NCBI RefSeq assembly: GCF_900182665.1
Contig: NZ_FXTL01000008.1
Coordinates: forward strand, 23,664 to 87,663
DNA length: 64,000 nt
Source: Propioniciclava tarda
Lineage (GTDB): Bacteria > Actinomycetota > Actinomycetes > Propionibacteriales > Propionibacteriaceae
Direction of reading: 5' to 3'
Shown: positions 31,400 to 41,882 of the stretch, one piece after another
How the letters are laid out: each line of letters opens with the position of its first letter
Position numbering within the stretch: position 1 is the stretch's first letter
Notes under the pieces: generated by a model
The model's input: only the letters and a program-made list of their open reading frames with translations
Told to the model about the DNA's origin: nothing
Databases searched by the model: none
Translations under genes and position numbers: made by a program

Positions 31400-32602
31400 A
31401 TGCCCCTCTTCCTGATCCCCTTCATCCTGATCGCGATCGTGGTGGTGGTGGCCATCGTGATGAGCGTCCGCGTCATTCAGCAGCAGCAGGTCGGCATCGT
31501 CCAGCGGCTGGGCAAGTTCCACAAGACGATCGAGCCGGGCATGCACCTGATCACGCCGATCGTCGACAGGGTCGCCTACACGATGGACATGCGCGAGGCG
31601 GTCGTGCCCTTCCCGCCGCAGGGCGTCATCACCGAGGACAACCTGATGGTCGGCATCGACTCGGTCATCTACTTCCAGATCGTCGATCCGGTCCGGGCGG
31701 CGTACGAGGCCCAGAACTACATCCAGGCCATCGAGCAGCTCACGATGACCACGTTGCGCAACATCATCGGCGGCATGGATCTCGAGCAGACGCTGACCTC
31801 GCGCGAGGACATCAACCACAAGCTGCGCTCGGTGCTGGACGAGGCCACCGGCAAGTGGGGCATCAAGGTCAACCGCGTCGAGCTGCGTTCGATCGAGCCG
31901 CCGGCGACGATCCGCGATGCGATGGAGAAGGGCGCCCGCGCCGAGCGGGAGAAGCGCGCCCAGATCCTGTTGGCCGAGGGCCAGCGGCAGTCGCAGATCC
32001 TGTCGGCGTCCGGTGACCGCGAGTCGTCGATCCTGCGGGCGCAGGGCGAGCGGGAGTCCGCGGTCCTGCGGGCGCAGGCCGATCGGCAGGCCGCCATGCT
32101 GCGGGCCGAGGGCGAGGCGCAGGCCATCACGACGGTGTTCGGCGCGATCCACGCGTCCGAGCCCGACCAGGCGCTGCTGTCGTACCAGTACCTGCAGATG
32201 CTGCCGAAGCTGGCCCAGGGCGACGCCAACAAGGTGTGGGTCATCCCGTCGGAGCTGAACGACGCCCTCAAGGGCCTCGGCTCGACCGTCGGCGACGTGA
32301 CCCGCGCCCTGGCCCCGGCTGACAAGTCCAAGTACAAGTCGCCGGAGCGGGTGGACGTCTTCGCCGAGATCGCGGACGCCAAGAAGGTCGCCGAGGAGGA
32401 GTCCCAGCGCAGCGTCCAGCAGGCGATCGCCGAGGCCCAGCAGCTCGAGTCCGGACGCGCCGCCCGCTTGGCGGTGGGGGAGGCCCCGCAGCTGACGGCG
32501 GCCGCGGAGCGCGAGGTCGACCCGGTCGCCCAGTTCCTCCCCGAGACGGACGACGCCGCGGCCCCCGACGTCGCTGCTCCGGACGAGACGAAGCAAGCCT
32601 GA
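31400..32602 (+). CDS. SPFH/band-7 (stomatin-like) membrane protein
   Basis: N-terminal TM. SPFH domain (QQQVGIVQRLGKFHKTIEPGMHLITPIVDRV). Coiled-coil region and acidic tail. Confidence 0.85.
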   Translation: MPLFLIPFILIAIVVVVAIVMSVRVIQQQQVGIVQRLGKFHKTIEPGMHLITPIVDRVAYTMDMREAVVPFPPQGVITEDNLMVGIDSVIYFQIVDPVRAAYEAQNYIQAIEQLTMTTLRNIIGGMDLEQTLTSREDINHKLRSVLDEATGKWGIKVNRVELRSIEPPATIRDAMEKGARAEREKRAQILLAEGQRQSQILSASGDRESSILRAQGERESAVLRAQADRQAAMLRAEGEAQAITTVFGAIHASEPDQALLSYQYLQMLPKLAQGDANKVWVIPSELNDALKGLGSTVGDVTRALAPADKSKYKSPERVDVFAEIADAKKVAEEESQRSVQQAIAEAQQLESGRAARLAVGEAPQLTAAAEREVDPVAQFLPETDDAAAPDVAAPDETKQA

Positions 32603-32614
32603 GCCCAGTCGGCT

Positions 32615-32663
32615 TTCACGTGTGACGTTGTTGGCGTCTACCCCGAGAAAGTCACACGTGGAA
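32615..32663. terminator. Hairpin between the convergent SPFH and kinase genes
   Basis: TTCACGTGTGAC ... GTCACACGTGGAA inverted repeat. Confidence 0.35.
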
Positions 32664-32665
32664 CT

Positions 32666-33241
32666 TCACGAGGCGGTCAGCGCGCGCAGGCCTTTGCGCA
32701 TCGTCACCAGCTCGAAGCCTGCGGCCACGGCACTGCGCTCCAGCGACGGCTGAGCACGCCACAGGTCCAGGCCGCGCCTGATCAGCACCGGAACTGCCTT
32801 GCGTTTCTGGGCCAGATCTCGACGGAACCGCAGCGCCGCGACCAGGGCGCCGGGCCGGTGCAAGTAGAGGCCTTCGACGGCCAGGCCGTGGTCGCGCGCG
32901 ATCGCCATCAACTGGATCGCGAAGATGCCCTCCGCGACGATCACGTGGTGCTCGCCGAGATCGAGCCGGTGCCAGCCGAGTCGCTTCGACTCGGCGATCG
33001 AGTAGACCGGCAGCTCGCAGAAACCCTCGCTGACGAGGTGCGCCAGCGCGGCGACCGCACCGTCGGCGTCCCAGGTTCGGACGTCGTCCCAGTCGATGAA
33101 GCCGTGCGGCGTCCGCGGCAGGTCGGGGGCGTCGGCGTCCCGATAGAAGTCGTCCAGACGCACGACGAGCGCATCGGCCGCGTGCGCGAGGCGCGACTTG
33201 CCACTGCCGGACGGGCCGGCCAGCAGGACGATCCGGGTCAC
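32666..33241 (-). CDS. P-loop kinase of the uridine kinase / phosphoribulokinase family
   Basis: Walker A LLAGPSGSGKS. About 190 aa. GTGA overlap with the pgm stop. Confidence 0.6.
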   Translation of the reverse strand: MTRIVLLAGPSGSGKSRLAHAADALVVRLDDFYRDADAPDLPRTPHGFIDWDDVRTWDADGAVAALAHLVSEGFCELPVYSIAESKRLGWHRLDLGEHHVIVAEGIFAIQLMAIARDHGLAVEGLYLHRPGALVAALRFRRDLAQKRKAVPVLIRRGLDLWRAQPSLERSAVAAGFELVTMRKGLRALTAS

Positions 33242-34884
33242 AGGCCCAGCGCGGCCTGCACGTCGGCGCGCACGTCGCCCATCATCCCTGCCGCGGCGAT
33301 GCGGGCGGCGTCCGGATTCTCGCTGAGCCCAGGCGACAGCCGCACCTGGCAGTAGCACTTCAGCTTCGGCTCGGTGCCCGACGGCCTGACCACGACCCGC
33401 ACGGACGGACCCTTGACCAGGATGCCGTCGGTCGGCGGCAGCCCCTGGTAGCCGTCCAGCAGGTCGGACGCCTCGACGGCCTCGCCGGCCAGCTCTGTCG
33501 GCGGGCGGGCGCGGAAGCGGGCCATGGCGTCCGAGATGATCGACAGGTCCGAGACCCGGAACGAGAGCTGCGACGTGTGATGCAGCCCGTACGTGCGGAC
33601 GATCTCGTCGAGCCGGTCGGCGATCGTCTTGCCCTCGGCCTTCAGCCCGGCCACCAGGGTCAGCACCCGGACCAGGGCGGTGATGCCGTCCTTGTCCGGC
33701 ACGGACGCGGGATCGGTGCAGTAGCCGATCGCCTCCTCGTAGCCGAACGCGAGCCCGGGCACGCGGCCGATCCACTTGAACCCGGTCAGGGTCGGCTCGA
33801 ACCGTTGCCCGTGGGCGGCGGCCATCACGCTCATGGCCGTTGACGACACGATCGAGCAGGCGTAGACGCCGTCACGACCCGAGCGCAGCGCGTCGTCGGC
33901 CAGCAGCATGCCCAACTCGTCGCCGGTGAGCATCTGCCACTGGCCCCCGATGACCGCGGCGACGGCGCAGCGGTCGGCGTCCGGGTCGTTGGCGATGGCG
34001 ACGTCGGCGTTGATCCGGCGGGCGGTCGCGAGGCAGAGGTCGATGGCGCCCGGCTCCTCGGGATTGGGGAATGCCACGGTGGGGAAGTCCGGGTCCGGCT
34101 CGGCCTGCTCGGCGACCACCGCAGCGGCCGGGAAGCCCGCAGCCTTCACGACGCGGTCGACGATCGCCCGGCCCACGCCGTGCATGGCCGTGTACGCCCA
34201 GGCCAGGTCGCGCGGCGCCTCGGGCGCCACCAGGGACGCCGCCCGCTCGACGTAACGCTCGATGAGCTCGTCGCCCAACACCTCGTACTCCGACGAGCGG
34301 GGCAGGTGGGCCACCGGCATCGACGACACCGCGGCGATCTCGGCGGCGATCTCGCCGTCGGTCGGCGGAACGATCTGGGACGCCCCGACGTAGACCTTGT
34401 ACCCGTTGTCGGCCGGGGGGTTATGGGACGCCGTCACCACAACGCCCGCGGCCGCGCCGCGGCGTCCGACCTCGAACGGCACCAGCGGCGTCGGCACCCG
34501 GGTCGCCGACAGCAGCGGACGCAGGCCGTAGCCGGCCAGGATCTCGGCCGTGTCACGCGCGAAGACGTCGCTGTTGTACCGCGCGTCGTAGCCGATGACG
34601 ACCTCGGAACGCACGTGGCCGTGCGCGATCAGCCAGCGCGCCAGCCCCGCAGCGGCGCGCGAAACGACCACGCGGTTCATCCGATTCGGACCAGGGCCCA
34701 GGGCAGCCCGCAGACCGGCCGTCCCGAACTCGAGCGTGCCCGAGAAGGCGTCCTCCAGCTCGGCCTGCGCGGACGCGTCGCCCAACTCGGCGGCGGCCAC
34801 GAGCCGGCGAAGCTGCTCGGCCGTCGCGGCGTCCGGATCGGCGTTCGCCCACGCCAGCGCCTCGGTGTACAGGGCGCTCATCAC
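33238..34884 (-). CDS. Phospho-sugar mutase (phosphoglucomutase/phosphomannomutase family, PmmB-like)
   Basis: Active-site TASHNPPADNGYKV. Metal-binding DPDADR. Sugar-binding GEE/R motifs. Confidence 0.85.
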   Translation of the reverse strand: MMSALYTEALAWANADPDAATAEQLRRLVAAAELGDASAQAELEDAFSGTLEFGTAGLRAALGPGPNRMNRVVVSRAAAGLARWLIAHGHVRSEVVIGYDARYNSDVFARDTAEILAGYGLRPLLSATRVPTPLVPFEVGRRGAAAGVVVTASHNPPADNGYKVYVGASQIVPPTDGEIAAEIAAVSSMPVAHLPRSSEYEVLGDELIERYVERAASLVAPEAPRDLAWAYTAMHGVGRAIVDRVVKAAGFPAAAVVAEQAEPDPDFPTVAFPNPEEPGAIDLCLATARRINADVAIANDPDADRCAVAAVIGGQWQMLTGDELGMLLADDALRSGRDGVYACSIVSSTAMSVMAAAHGQRFEPTLTGFKWIGRVPGLAFGYEEAIGYCTDPASVPDKDGITALVRVLTLVAGLKAEGKTIADRLDEIVRTYGLHHTSQLSFRVSDLSIISDAMARFRARPPTELAGEAVEASDLLDGYQGLPPTDGILVKGPSVRVVVRPSGTEPKLKCYCQVRLSPGLSENPDAARIAAAGMMGDVRADVQAALGL

Positions 34885-35687
34885 AGCACGCCCAGCAGGC
34901 CGGAGAGCAGCGTGCGCAGGCGCGGGACGGCGTCCTTGCCCGCCTGGATCACCTCGGCGTGGTTCAGCGGCGTCTCGGAGTAGCCCGCGGCGGGGTTGGT
35001 GACCAGCGAAATGCCGAGCACCTCGAGCCCGGCCTCGCGGGCGGCGATCGTCTCCAGCGTCGTCGACATGCCCACCAGGTCTCCGCCCAGCGTGCGCGCC
35101 ATGCGCACCTCGGCGGGGGTCTCGTAGTGCGGTCCGGGGAACTGGACGTAGACACCCTCGTCCAGCGACGGGTCGATCGTGCGGGCGAGCGTCCGCAGTT
35201 CAGGGGAGTAGGCGTCGGTGAGGTCGACGAAGGTGGCGCCCACGATGGGGCTGGTGGTCGTCAGGTTGATGTGGTCGCTGATGAGCACCGGGGTGCCCGG
35301 CGCCCATGCCGGGTTGAGCCCGCCACAGCCGTTCGTCAGCACGATCCTGGACGCCCCCGCCGCGGCGATCGTCCGGACGCCGTGGGCGACGGCCGCGACG
35401 CCGCGTCCCTCGTAGAAGTGGGTGCGTCCGGTGAGCACCAGCGCGACGCGACCGCTCGGCGTCCGAAGCGCGCGGGCGACCCCGCCGTGGCCGGCGACGA
35501 CGGGCTTGTTGAAGCCGGGCAGCTCGCCGAGCGGGGCTTCGGCGATGGTCTCGGCGACGCCGTCGATGGCGGCCGACCACCCGGAGCCGAGCACGAGGCC
35601 GACGTCGATCCGGTCGATCGAGAGTCGTTGCAGCAGGGCCTGTGCAGCGTCCTGGGCGGCGGCGTAGGGGTCAACTTCTGCGTCCAT
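34881..35687 (-). CDS. punA: Purine nucleoside phosphorylase (PNP family I, PunA/DeoD-type)
   Basis: Conserved PNP blocks (LVLGSGW, TGRTHFYEG, GMSTTLETIAAREAGLEVLGISLVTN). Confidence 0.9.
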   Translation of the reverse strand: MDAEVDPYAAAQDAAQALLQRLSIDRIDVGLVLGSGWSAAIDGVAETIAEAPLGELPGFNKPVVAGHGGVARALRTPSGRVALVLTGRTHFYEGRGVAAVAHGVRTIAAAGASRIVLTNGCGGLNPAWAPGTPVLISDHINLTTTSPIVGATFVDLTDAYSPELRTLARTIDPSLDEGVYVQFPGPHYETPAEVRMARTLGGDLVGMSTTLETIAAREAGLEVLGISLVTNPAAGYSETPLNHAEVIQAGKDAVPRLRTLLSGLLGVL

Positions 35688-35797
35688 CAGGACAGGCTAT
35701 CGGGCGTGGACGCCCCAGTGGGAGTCTGGGCTCCGGGGCTGGAAGAATGGGCCCCGGTGGGCGCGCGGGGCGTCCGGACGAGCGGGCGGGGAGCCAA

Positions 35798-37213
35798 GTG
35801 ACGGACGTTGTCATCATCGGCGGGGGACCGGGCGGCTACGAGGCGGCGTTGGTGGGTGCCCAGCTGGGCGGAACGGTCACCCTGGTCGAGCGGCAAGGGA
35901 TCGGCGGGGCCGCGGTCCTGAGCGACGTCGTCCCCAGCAAGTCGCTGATCGCGGCCGCGGACGTCATGAGCCGGGTGCGCGGCGCCGAGCGGCTGGGCCT
36001 GCGTCCGGCGTCCGGGCATGGGCGGATCAAGGACGGGGTCACGGCCGACCTCGCGGCGGTGAACGACCGCGTGACCAAGCTGGCGATCGCCCAGAGCGAC
36101 GACATCCGGTCGCGGCTGGAGGCGTCCGGCATCAGGATCATCTCGGGCACGGGGCGGCTGCACGGTCCCGATCGCGTGCTGGCCGTTGCCGAGGACGGAC
36201 GCCGCGAGGTGCTCCCCGCCGACATCACGTTGATCGCCACGGGCGTTCGGCCGCGCGAGCTGCCCGAGGCCATGCCGGACGGCGAGCGCATCCTGAACTG
36301 GACGCAGATGTACGGCCTTAAAGAGTTGCCCACCAGGCTCATCGTGGTCGGCTCGGGCGTCACCGGCGCCGAGTTCGCGTCCGCCTACCACGCCCTCGGC
36401 GTCGAGGTCGTGCTGATCTCGTCCCGTGCACAGGTGCTGCCCAGCGAGGACGAGGAGGCCGCGCGGGTCATCCAGGGCGTCTTCGAGAGCACGGGCATGA
36501 CGATTCTGTCCCGATCACGCGCCGTCGCGGCGCGCCGTGAGGGCGACGGCGTCGTCGTCACCCTCTCGGACGGCCGCACGGTCGAGGGCTCGCACGTGCT
36601 GATGGCCGTGGGCGGCATCCCGAACACCGAGGATCTCGGCCTGGCCGAGGGCAAGGTCGCGACGTCGGCGTCCGGACACATCGTGGTCGACAAGGTTTCG
36701 CGCACGTCCGCGCGCGGCATCTACGCCGCTGGCGACTGCACCGGCGTGTTCGCGCTCGCGTCTGTGGCGGCCATGCAGGGTCGCATTGCCATGTGGCATT
36801 CGCTGGGTGACGCCGTCGCGCCGCTCGACCTGCGCAGCGTGTCGGCCAACGTGTTCACGTCGCCGTCGGTGGCCTCCGTGGGGGTCAGCCAGGCCGAGAT
36901 CGACGCCGGCTTCAACGCGCGCGGCATCATGATGCCGCTGCGCTCGAACGCCCGCGCCAAGATGCAGGGGCTGAGCGACGGCTTCATCAAGCTCTTCTGC
37001 CTCCCGACCACCGGCATCGTCGTGGGCGGCGTGGTGGTGGCGCCGTCGGCCTCCGAACTCATCCACCCGATCGCGCTGGCCGTCTCGGCGAAGCTGACCG
37101 TCGACCAGCTAGCGCAGGCGTTCACCGTTTACCCGTCGCTGTCGGGCTCGATCGCCGAGGCTGCGCGGCGGCTGCATCCCGGCGCGGCGATCAGCGAGCA
37201 CGTGGACTACTGA
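35798..37213 (+). CDS. lpdA: Flavoprotein pyridine-nucleotide disulfide-oxidoreductase family, LpdA-like NAD(P)H:quinone reductase (no redox-active CxxxxC)
   Basis: FAD motif VVIIGGGPGG. NAD motif VVGSGVTGAEFA. The Lpd redox-disulfide position reads GGAAVLSDVVPSKS (Cys replaced), as in mycobacterial LpdA. Confidence 0.8.
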   Translation: MTDVVIIGGGPGGYEAALVGAQLGGTVTLVERQGIGGAAVLSDVVPSKSLIAAADVMSRVRGAERLGLRPASGHGRIKDGVTADLAAVNDRVTKLAIAQSDDIRSRLEASGIRIISGTGRLHGPDRVLAVAEDGRREVLPADITLIATGVRPRELPEAMPDGERILNWTQMYGLKELPTRLIVVGSGVTGAEFASAYHALGVEVVLISSRAQVLPSEDEEAARVIQGVFESTGMTILSRSRAVAARREGDGVVVTLSDGRTVEGSHVLMAVGGIPNTEDLGLAEGKVATSASGHIVVDKVSRTSARGIYAAGDCTGVFALASVAAMQGRIAMWHSLGDAVAPLDLRSVSANVFTSPSVASVGVSQAEIDAGFNARGIMMPLRSNARAKMQGLSDGFIKLFCLPTTGIVVGGVVVAPSASELIHPIALAVSAKLTVDQLAQAFTVYPSLSGSIAEAARRLHPGAAISEHVDY

Positions 37214-37284
37214 CCGCCGCGTCAACTCTGACTTGAACGGACGAGGGGCGCCCGGCTGACCGGGCGCCCCTCGTCGACTGCTGC

Positions 37285-39054
37285 CTACTCGGCGTCGACG
37301 ATCTCGCAGAGCTGCTCGCCGCTGGCGCAGGTGGCGCCGGCGACGGCCGTCAGGCTCTTGATGACGCCCGCGCGGTGCGCGTTGAGCGGCTGCTCCATCT
37401 TCATGGCCTCCAGCACCACGATGAGGTCGCCCTCGGCCACCGTGTCGCCCTCGGCGACAGCGACCTTGACGATGGTGCCCTGCATCGGGGACTGCAGCGA
37501 GTTCGTCGAGGGGGCCTTGGCCGTCGCGCCGCTGCGGCTGCGCTTGGTCGGCTTCGGCGCCGTGCCGGACGACTTGCCGGCGGCCGGAGCCCCGAGCGTC
37601 GCGGGGACCTTGACCTCGATGCGCTTGCCGTTGACCTCGACCACGTAGGTGGCCTTCTCCTCGGCCTCGGCGTTGCCCAGCGTGCCCGTGTAGGGCTCGA
37701 TGGTGTTGTTGAACTCGGTCTCGATCCAGTTGGTGAAGACGCCGAACTGCCCGTTGGTGGCGGCATAGGCCGGATCGTCCAGCACGACCTGGTGGAACGG
37801 GATGACCGTGGGCATGCCGTCCAGAATCGTCTCGGCCAGCGCACGCTTCGACCGGGCGATCGCCTGGGCGCGGTCGGCACCCGTGACGATGATCTTGGCG
37901 ACCAGCGAGTCGAAGTTGCCTGGGACGCTCATGCCCTCGAGGTAGCCCGAGTCGACGCGGACGCCGGGGCCCGTGGGGGGCGTCCACTTGACGAGGGTTC
38001 CGGGAGCCGGCATGAAGTTGCGTCCGGCGTCCTCGGCGTTGATGCGGAACTCGATGCTGTGCCCGCGGATCTCGGGATCACCGAAGCCCAGCTCCTCGCC
38101 GTCGGCGATGCGGAACATCTCGCGGACCAGGTCGATGCCGGTGACCTCTTCCGAGACCGGGTGCTCGACCTGCAGGCGGGTGTTGACCTCCAGGAACGAG
38201 ATCAGGCCGTCCTGCGCGACCAGGAACTCGCAGGTGCCGGCGCCGACGTAGCCGGCCTCCTTGAGGATCGCCTTGGACGAGGCGTACAGCTTGTTGAGCT
38301 GATCGGCCGTCAGGAACGGGGCCGGGGCCTCCTCGACCAGCTTCTGATGGCGGCGCTGCAGCGAGCAGTCGCGCGTCGACACGACGACGACGTTGCCGTG
38401 GGAGTCGGCGAGGCACTGGGTCTCGACGTGCCGCGGCTTGTCGAGGTAGCGCTCGACGAAGCACTCGCCGCGTCCGAAGGCCGTGACGGCCTCCCGGGTC
38501 GCCGACTCGAACAGCTCCGGGATCGACTCGATCGTGCGGGCGACCTTGAGGCCGCGTCCGCCGCCGCCGAAGGCTGCCTTGATGGCGATCGGGACGCCGT
38601 GCTCCTTCGCGAACGCGACGACGTCGTCGGCGTTTGCTACCGGATCGGGCGTGCCCGGGACCAGGGGAGCGCCCACCTTGAGCGCAATGTGACGGGCCTT
38701 CACCTTGTCGCCGAGGGCGTCGATGGCGGCCGGCGGGGGGCCGATCCAGATCAGGCCAGCGTCGATGACGGCCTGGGCGAAGATCGCGTTCTCCGCGAGG
38801 AAGCCGTAGCCGGGGTGCACGGCGTTCGCGCCGGACCGCTCAGCCACGGACAGGATCTTCGCGATGTCCAGGTAGGTCTCGGCCGGGCTCTGGCCGTTGA
38901 GGGCGTAGGCCTCGTCCGCCAACTTGACGAATAGGGCGTCGGCGTCCGGATCCGCGTAGATCGCGACGCTCGCGAGACCGGCGTCCTTCGCCGCACGGAT
39001 CACGCGGACTGCGATTTCGCCGCGGTTGGCCACCAAGACTTTGGTGATGGGCAC
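37285..39054 (-). CDS. accA3: Acyl-CoA carboxylase alpha subunit (biotin carboxylase + BCCP), AccA3-like
   Basis: Biotin carboxylase domain ([17 protein letters not shown]...). C-terminal biotinyl domain EAMKME. Start GTG 39054 after GAGGAGGA. Confidence 0.9.
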   Translation of the reverse strand: MPITKVLVANRGEIAVRVIRAAKDAGLASVAIYADPDADALFVKLADEAYALNGQSPAETYLDIAKILSVAERSGANAVHPGYGFLAENAIFAQAVIDAGLIWIGPPPAAIDALGDKVKARHIALKVGAPLVPGTPDPVANADDVVAFAKEHGVPIAIKAAFGGGGRGLKVARTIESIPELFESATREAVTAFGRGECFVERYLDKPRHVETQCLADSHGNVVVVSTRDCSLQRRHQKLVEEAPAPFLTADQLNKLYASSKAILKEAGYVGAGTCEFLVAQDGLISFLEVNTRLQVEHPVSEEVTGIDLVREMFRIADGEELGFGDPEIRGHSIEFRINAEDAGRNFMPAPGTLVKWTPPTGPGVRVDSGYLEGMSVPGNFDSLVAKIIVTGADRAQAIARSKRALAETILDGMPTVIPFHQVVLDDPAYAATNGQFGVFTNWIETEFNNTIEPYTGTLGNAEAEEKATYVVEVNGKRIEVKVPATLGAPAAGKSSGTAPKPTKRSRSGATAKAPSTNSLQSPMQGTIVKVAVAEGDTVAEGDLIVVLEAMKMEQPLNAHRAGVIKSLTAVAGATCASGEQLCEIVDAE

Positions 39055-39197
39055 TGTTCCTCCTCGAAGCTCGCCACGCCAGGCTCGCCTGGCTACGCCG
39101 GAGTCTAGAGCGACGCAAGAGACCGCGGTACGTCCGTTCTTCCCCTGTGGACGCCTATTTCGAAAGTCGCGCGTGCGGACGCGTGCAGGCCCAGCTC

Positions 39198-40103
39198 TCA
39201 GTGGACGAAGGTCAGCCCCAGCGTGATCGCCCAAGCCAGTCCGAGGACTTGGAGCGTTCGGTCGCCGAGCACCGCGTCCTCGGGCTCGCCCGCAGCGCCG
39301 CGGTCGATCGCGTAGGCGTACCGGAGCATGGCGAGGGTGAAGGGGGCGATGCTGACCTGGTCCCAGGGCACACCGAGCCACTGCACCGGGGCGCTGCGCA
39401 GATCGAAGGCCCACAGCGCGTACGACATGACGACGAGCGCCGCCGACAAGGTCCAGACGAAGCGCAGGTACGTCGGGGTGTAGCTCGCCAGGGACGCGCG
39501 CGTGCCGGCGTCCGGCCCGACTTCGATCATCTCGGAGTAGCGCTTGCCTGCCACCATGAACAGCGATCCAAAGGACGCCACGAGCAGGAACCACTGCGAC
39601 AGCGGGATGCTGGACGCGACGCCGCCGGCCACGGCGCGCAACAGGAAGCCAGCGGCGACCATCGCGAGATCGATGATCGGCTGGTTCTTGGCGAAGACGG
39701 AGTAGCCCACCTGGAGGAGCCAGTAGACGACGATGACCAGGGCCAACAGCGGCGCGATGAGATAGCCGCCGACGGCGGCGAGGACGACCAAAACGGCGGC
39801 CATCGCGAGCGCCGTGCTCGGCTTGAGTTCGCCCGCGGCGATCGGGCGGAACCGCTTCTTCGGATGCTGGCGGTCCGACTCGACGTCGCGCACGTCGTTG
39901 ATCAGGTAGATCGATGCGCTCACCGCACAGAAGGCGACGAAGGCCGCCAGCGAGTGCGCCAGGACCCGGGGCTGCAGCACGACGCCCGCCGCGGCCGGAG
40001 CCGCCAACACGAGCACGTTCTTCACCCACTGCTTGGGACGCATCGCGCGCAGCGGGGCTGGCAGCGCCGATCGCCGCGGCTCGAGTCCGGTCTGGTCGCT
40101 CAT
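39198..40103 (-). CDS. ubiA: UbiA-family decaprenyl-phosphate phosphoribosyltransferase (DPPR synthase, Rv3806c-like)
   Basis: [58 protein letters not shown] and GEPEDAVL blocks are characteristic of DPPR synthases. Confidence 0.85.
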   Translation of the reverse strand: MSDQTGLEPRRSALPAPLRAMRPKQWVKNVLVLAAPAAAGVVLQPRVLAHSLAAFVAFCAVSASIYLINDVRDVESDRQHPKKRFRPIAAGELKPSTALAMAAVLVVLAAVGGYLIAPLLALVIVVYWLLQVGYSVFAKNQPIIDLAMVAAGFLLRAVAGGVASSIPLSQWFLLVASFGSLFMVAGKRYSEMIEVGPDAGTRASLASYTPTYLRFVWTLSAALVVMSYALWAFDLRSAPVQWLGVPWDQVSIAPFTLAMLRYAYAIDRGAAGEPEDAVLGDRTLQVLGLAWAITLGLTFVH

Positions 40104-40113
40104 CGGCGACAGC

Positions 40114-40725
40114 CTAGACCCGGGCCTCCCACAGGTCGTACCAGCGGACGCCGACCAAGCGGAGCATCGCGCGCAGGAGGGGCAGGCTGAGGCCGACCAC
40201 GGTGTGCGGATCGCCCTCGACCCGCGTCACGAACGGGCCGCCCAGCCCGTCGATCGTGAAGGCGCCGGCCACGTGGTCAGGCTCGCCCGTCCCCACGTAG
40301 GCGTCGATCTCGTCGTCGTCCAGGTCGGCGAAGAAGACGGTCGTGGACGCCGTCCTCGTCACCCGCTCGGTGAGGGATCCGCGTCGGACGATGAGGTGGT
40401 GGCCGGTCAGGAGGGTTCCCGAACGCCCGCGCATCCGACGCCAGGCTTCGGACGCCTCCTGGCGCGAGGCTGGCTTGCCCTGCGGCGTCCCGTCGAGATC
40501 GAGCAGGCTGTCGCAGCCGAGGAGGGCAACGTCACCATCCTGCACGAGGGGGAGGACCGCTTCGGCTTTCAGACGGGCGAGCTCGGCGACGAGGGTGGCC
40601 GTGTCGGGGGCGTCGACGCCTGACTCGTCCACCCCGGACACCACGACAGACACGGCAACGCCGGCGCTCTGCAGAGTCTGCAGACGCGCCGGCGAGGCCG
40701 AGGCAAGGACCAAGCGGTCGATCAA
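40114..40725 (-). CDS. maf: Maf-like nucleoside triphosphate pyrophosphatase
   Basis: LVLASASPARLQTLQ N-terminus and Maf fold motifs. TTG/GTG start. Confidence 0.8.
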   Translation of the reverse strand: MIDRLVLASASPARLQTLQSAGVAVSVVVSGVDESGVDAPDTATLVAELARLKAEAVLPLVQDGDVALLGCDSLLDLDGTPQGKPASRQEASEAWRRMRGRSGTLLTGHHLIVRRGSLTERVTRTASTTVFFADLDDDEIDAYVGTGEPDHVAGAFTIDGLGGPFVTRVEGDPHTVVGLSLPLLRAMLRLVGVRWYDLWEARV

Positions 40726-40734
40726 GGCTGCGGA

Positions 40735-41535
40735 TCAGCCGAACAGGATGCTCTTCAGGATGCCGCCCACGGACGGCATGCCCGAGTTCGCCGAAGCCGC
40801 AGCGGCGTCCGCGCCCGGATCGTCGATCGTCAGGTTGCCGGGCTGCTGGTACTGGGGCTGCTGGTACTGGGTCTGGGTCTGCGGGGCCTCCTGGCCGCCG
40901 CCCAGGATCTGGCCCAGGATGTCGCCGAAGCCGCCGCCGGACGACTGCTGCTGCGCCGGAGCCGCCGCGCCGCCACCCAGGATCTGACCCAGGATGTCGC
41001 CGAGCCCGCCGTGCTGCTGCTGGGCCTGCTTCGCGGACGTGCCACCGCCGAGGATCTGGCCGAGGATGTCGCCCATGCCGCCGGACGAGGCCTGGGACTG
41101 CGAGCCCAGGACGCTGCCCAGGATGCTGCCGAGGCCGCCGGAGGAGGCGAGACGCTTGGCGAGGTACGACATGACGATCGGTGCCAGCAGCGGCATCAGC
41201 TTCTTGATGAGCGCGCCCTGGACGCCGCCGAAGAGCTGGCGCTGCTCGGTGGCGGGAAGGATGTGGTTGACGATCTTCGCGCCGTCGGTGAGGTCAAGCT
41301 GGCTCAGGTCGATCGCGCCGGTCTGCGGAGCGGCATTGTCGTCATCAAGGTGGTTGCCCAGCGCGTTGGCGAGGCTGATCGCACCCTGGTCGCTGCCCAA
41401 GTTGTTCTCGAGGCCGCCCAGCAACGAGCCAACGGCCTTCTGGGCGGCGGACTCAACGTCGGCTGGGTTCTGACCCAGGGCAGCAGCGATCTGGTCGACG
41501 TCAAGATTGGCCAGAATGTCGGAGATTGCACCCAT
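40735..41535 (-). CDS. DUF937-family protein with Gly-rich internal repeats
   Basis: Three or four copies of G(G)xGDILGQILGGG. Confidence 0.65.
   Translation of the reverse strand: MGAISDILANLDVDQIAAALGQNPADVESAAQKAVGSLLGGLENNLGSDQGAISLANALGNHLDDDNAAPQTGAIDLSQLDLTDGAKIVNHILPATEQRQLFGGVQGALIKKLMPLLAPIVMSYLAKRLASSGGLGSILGSVLGSQSQASSGGMGDILGQILGGGTSAKQAQQQHGGLGDILGQILGGGAAAPAQQQSSGGGFGDILGQILGGGQEAPQTQTQYQQPQYQQPGNLTIDDPGADAAAASANSGMPSVGGILKSILFG
40841..41140. repeat. Intragenic imperfect tandem repeats (about 60 bp unit, about 4 copies) encoding the DILGQILGGG repeats of DUF937
   Basis: Repeated CCCAGGATCTGGCCCAGGATGTCGCCGAAGCCGCC-like units visible on the plus strand. Confidence 0.5.
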
Positions 41536-41577
41536 CGGAGTTCCTTTGGTATCGGGCGGGCTCGGTGTTTGAGAGTA

Positions 41578-41623
41578 CCAGCGCACTGGCGCCGGCCCCA
41601 GGGGTCCGGCGCCAGTGCGCTGG
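41578..41623. terminator. Strong terminator hairpin downstream of accE5 (end of the accD5-accE5 operon)
   Basis: 18-bp perfect inverted repeat CCAGCGCACTGGCGCCGG-ccccaggggt-CCGGCGCCAGTGCGCTGG. Confidence 0.55.
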
Positions 41624-41645
41624 TGAATTGGTTAGTCGTTCCGCG

Positions 41646-41882
41646 TCACCGACGCAGGGTCGCCCGCCAGGAGTTCGAGCCCGGGAACAGCGGCCCCCGA
41701 ACGATGTGCCAGTAGGACTTCCAGCCCCCGCTGATGCGGGGGTTCTCCGGCGCGGCCAGCTGGCCCCGCTCCCGTCGTAGCGACGAGATGACCACGGCGA
41801 GCGCCGCCAGTTCGGCGTCCGTCGGGTCGCCGCCCACGACCTGGAAGGCGGGGGCGACGACCTCGGCAGCGGCGGCGGTCAT
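41646..41882 (-). CDS. accE5: Acyl-CoA carboxylase epsilon subunit (AccE5-like)
   Basis: 78 aa. ATGA overlap with the accD5 stop. Motif [14 protein letters not shown], typical of AccE. Confidence 0.65.
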   Translation of the reverse strand: MTAAAAEVVAPAFQVVGGDPTDAELAALAVVISSLRRERGQLAAPENPRISGGWKSYWHIVRGPLFPGSNSWRATLRR

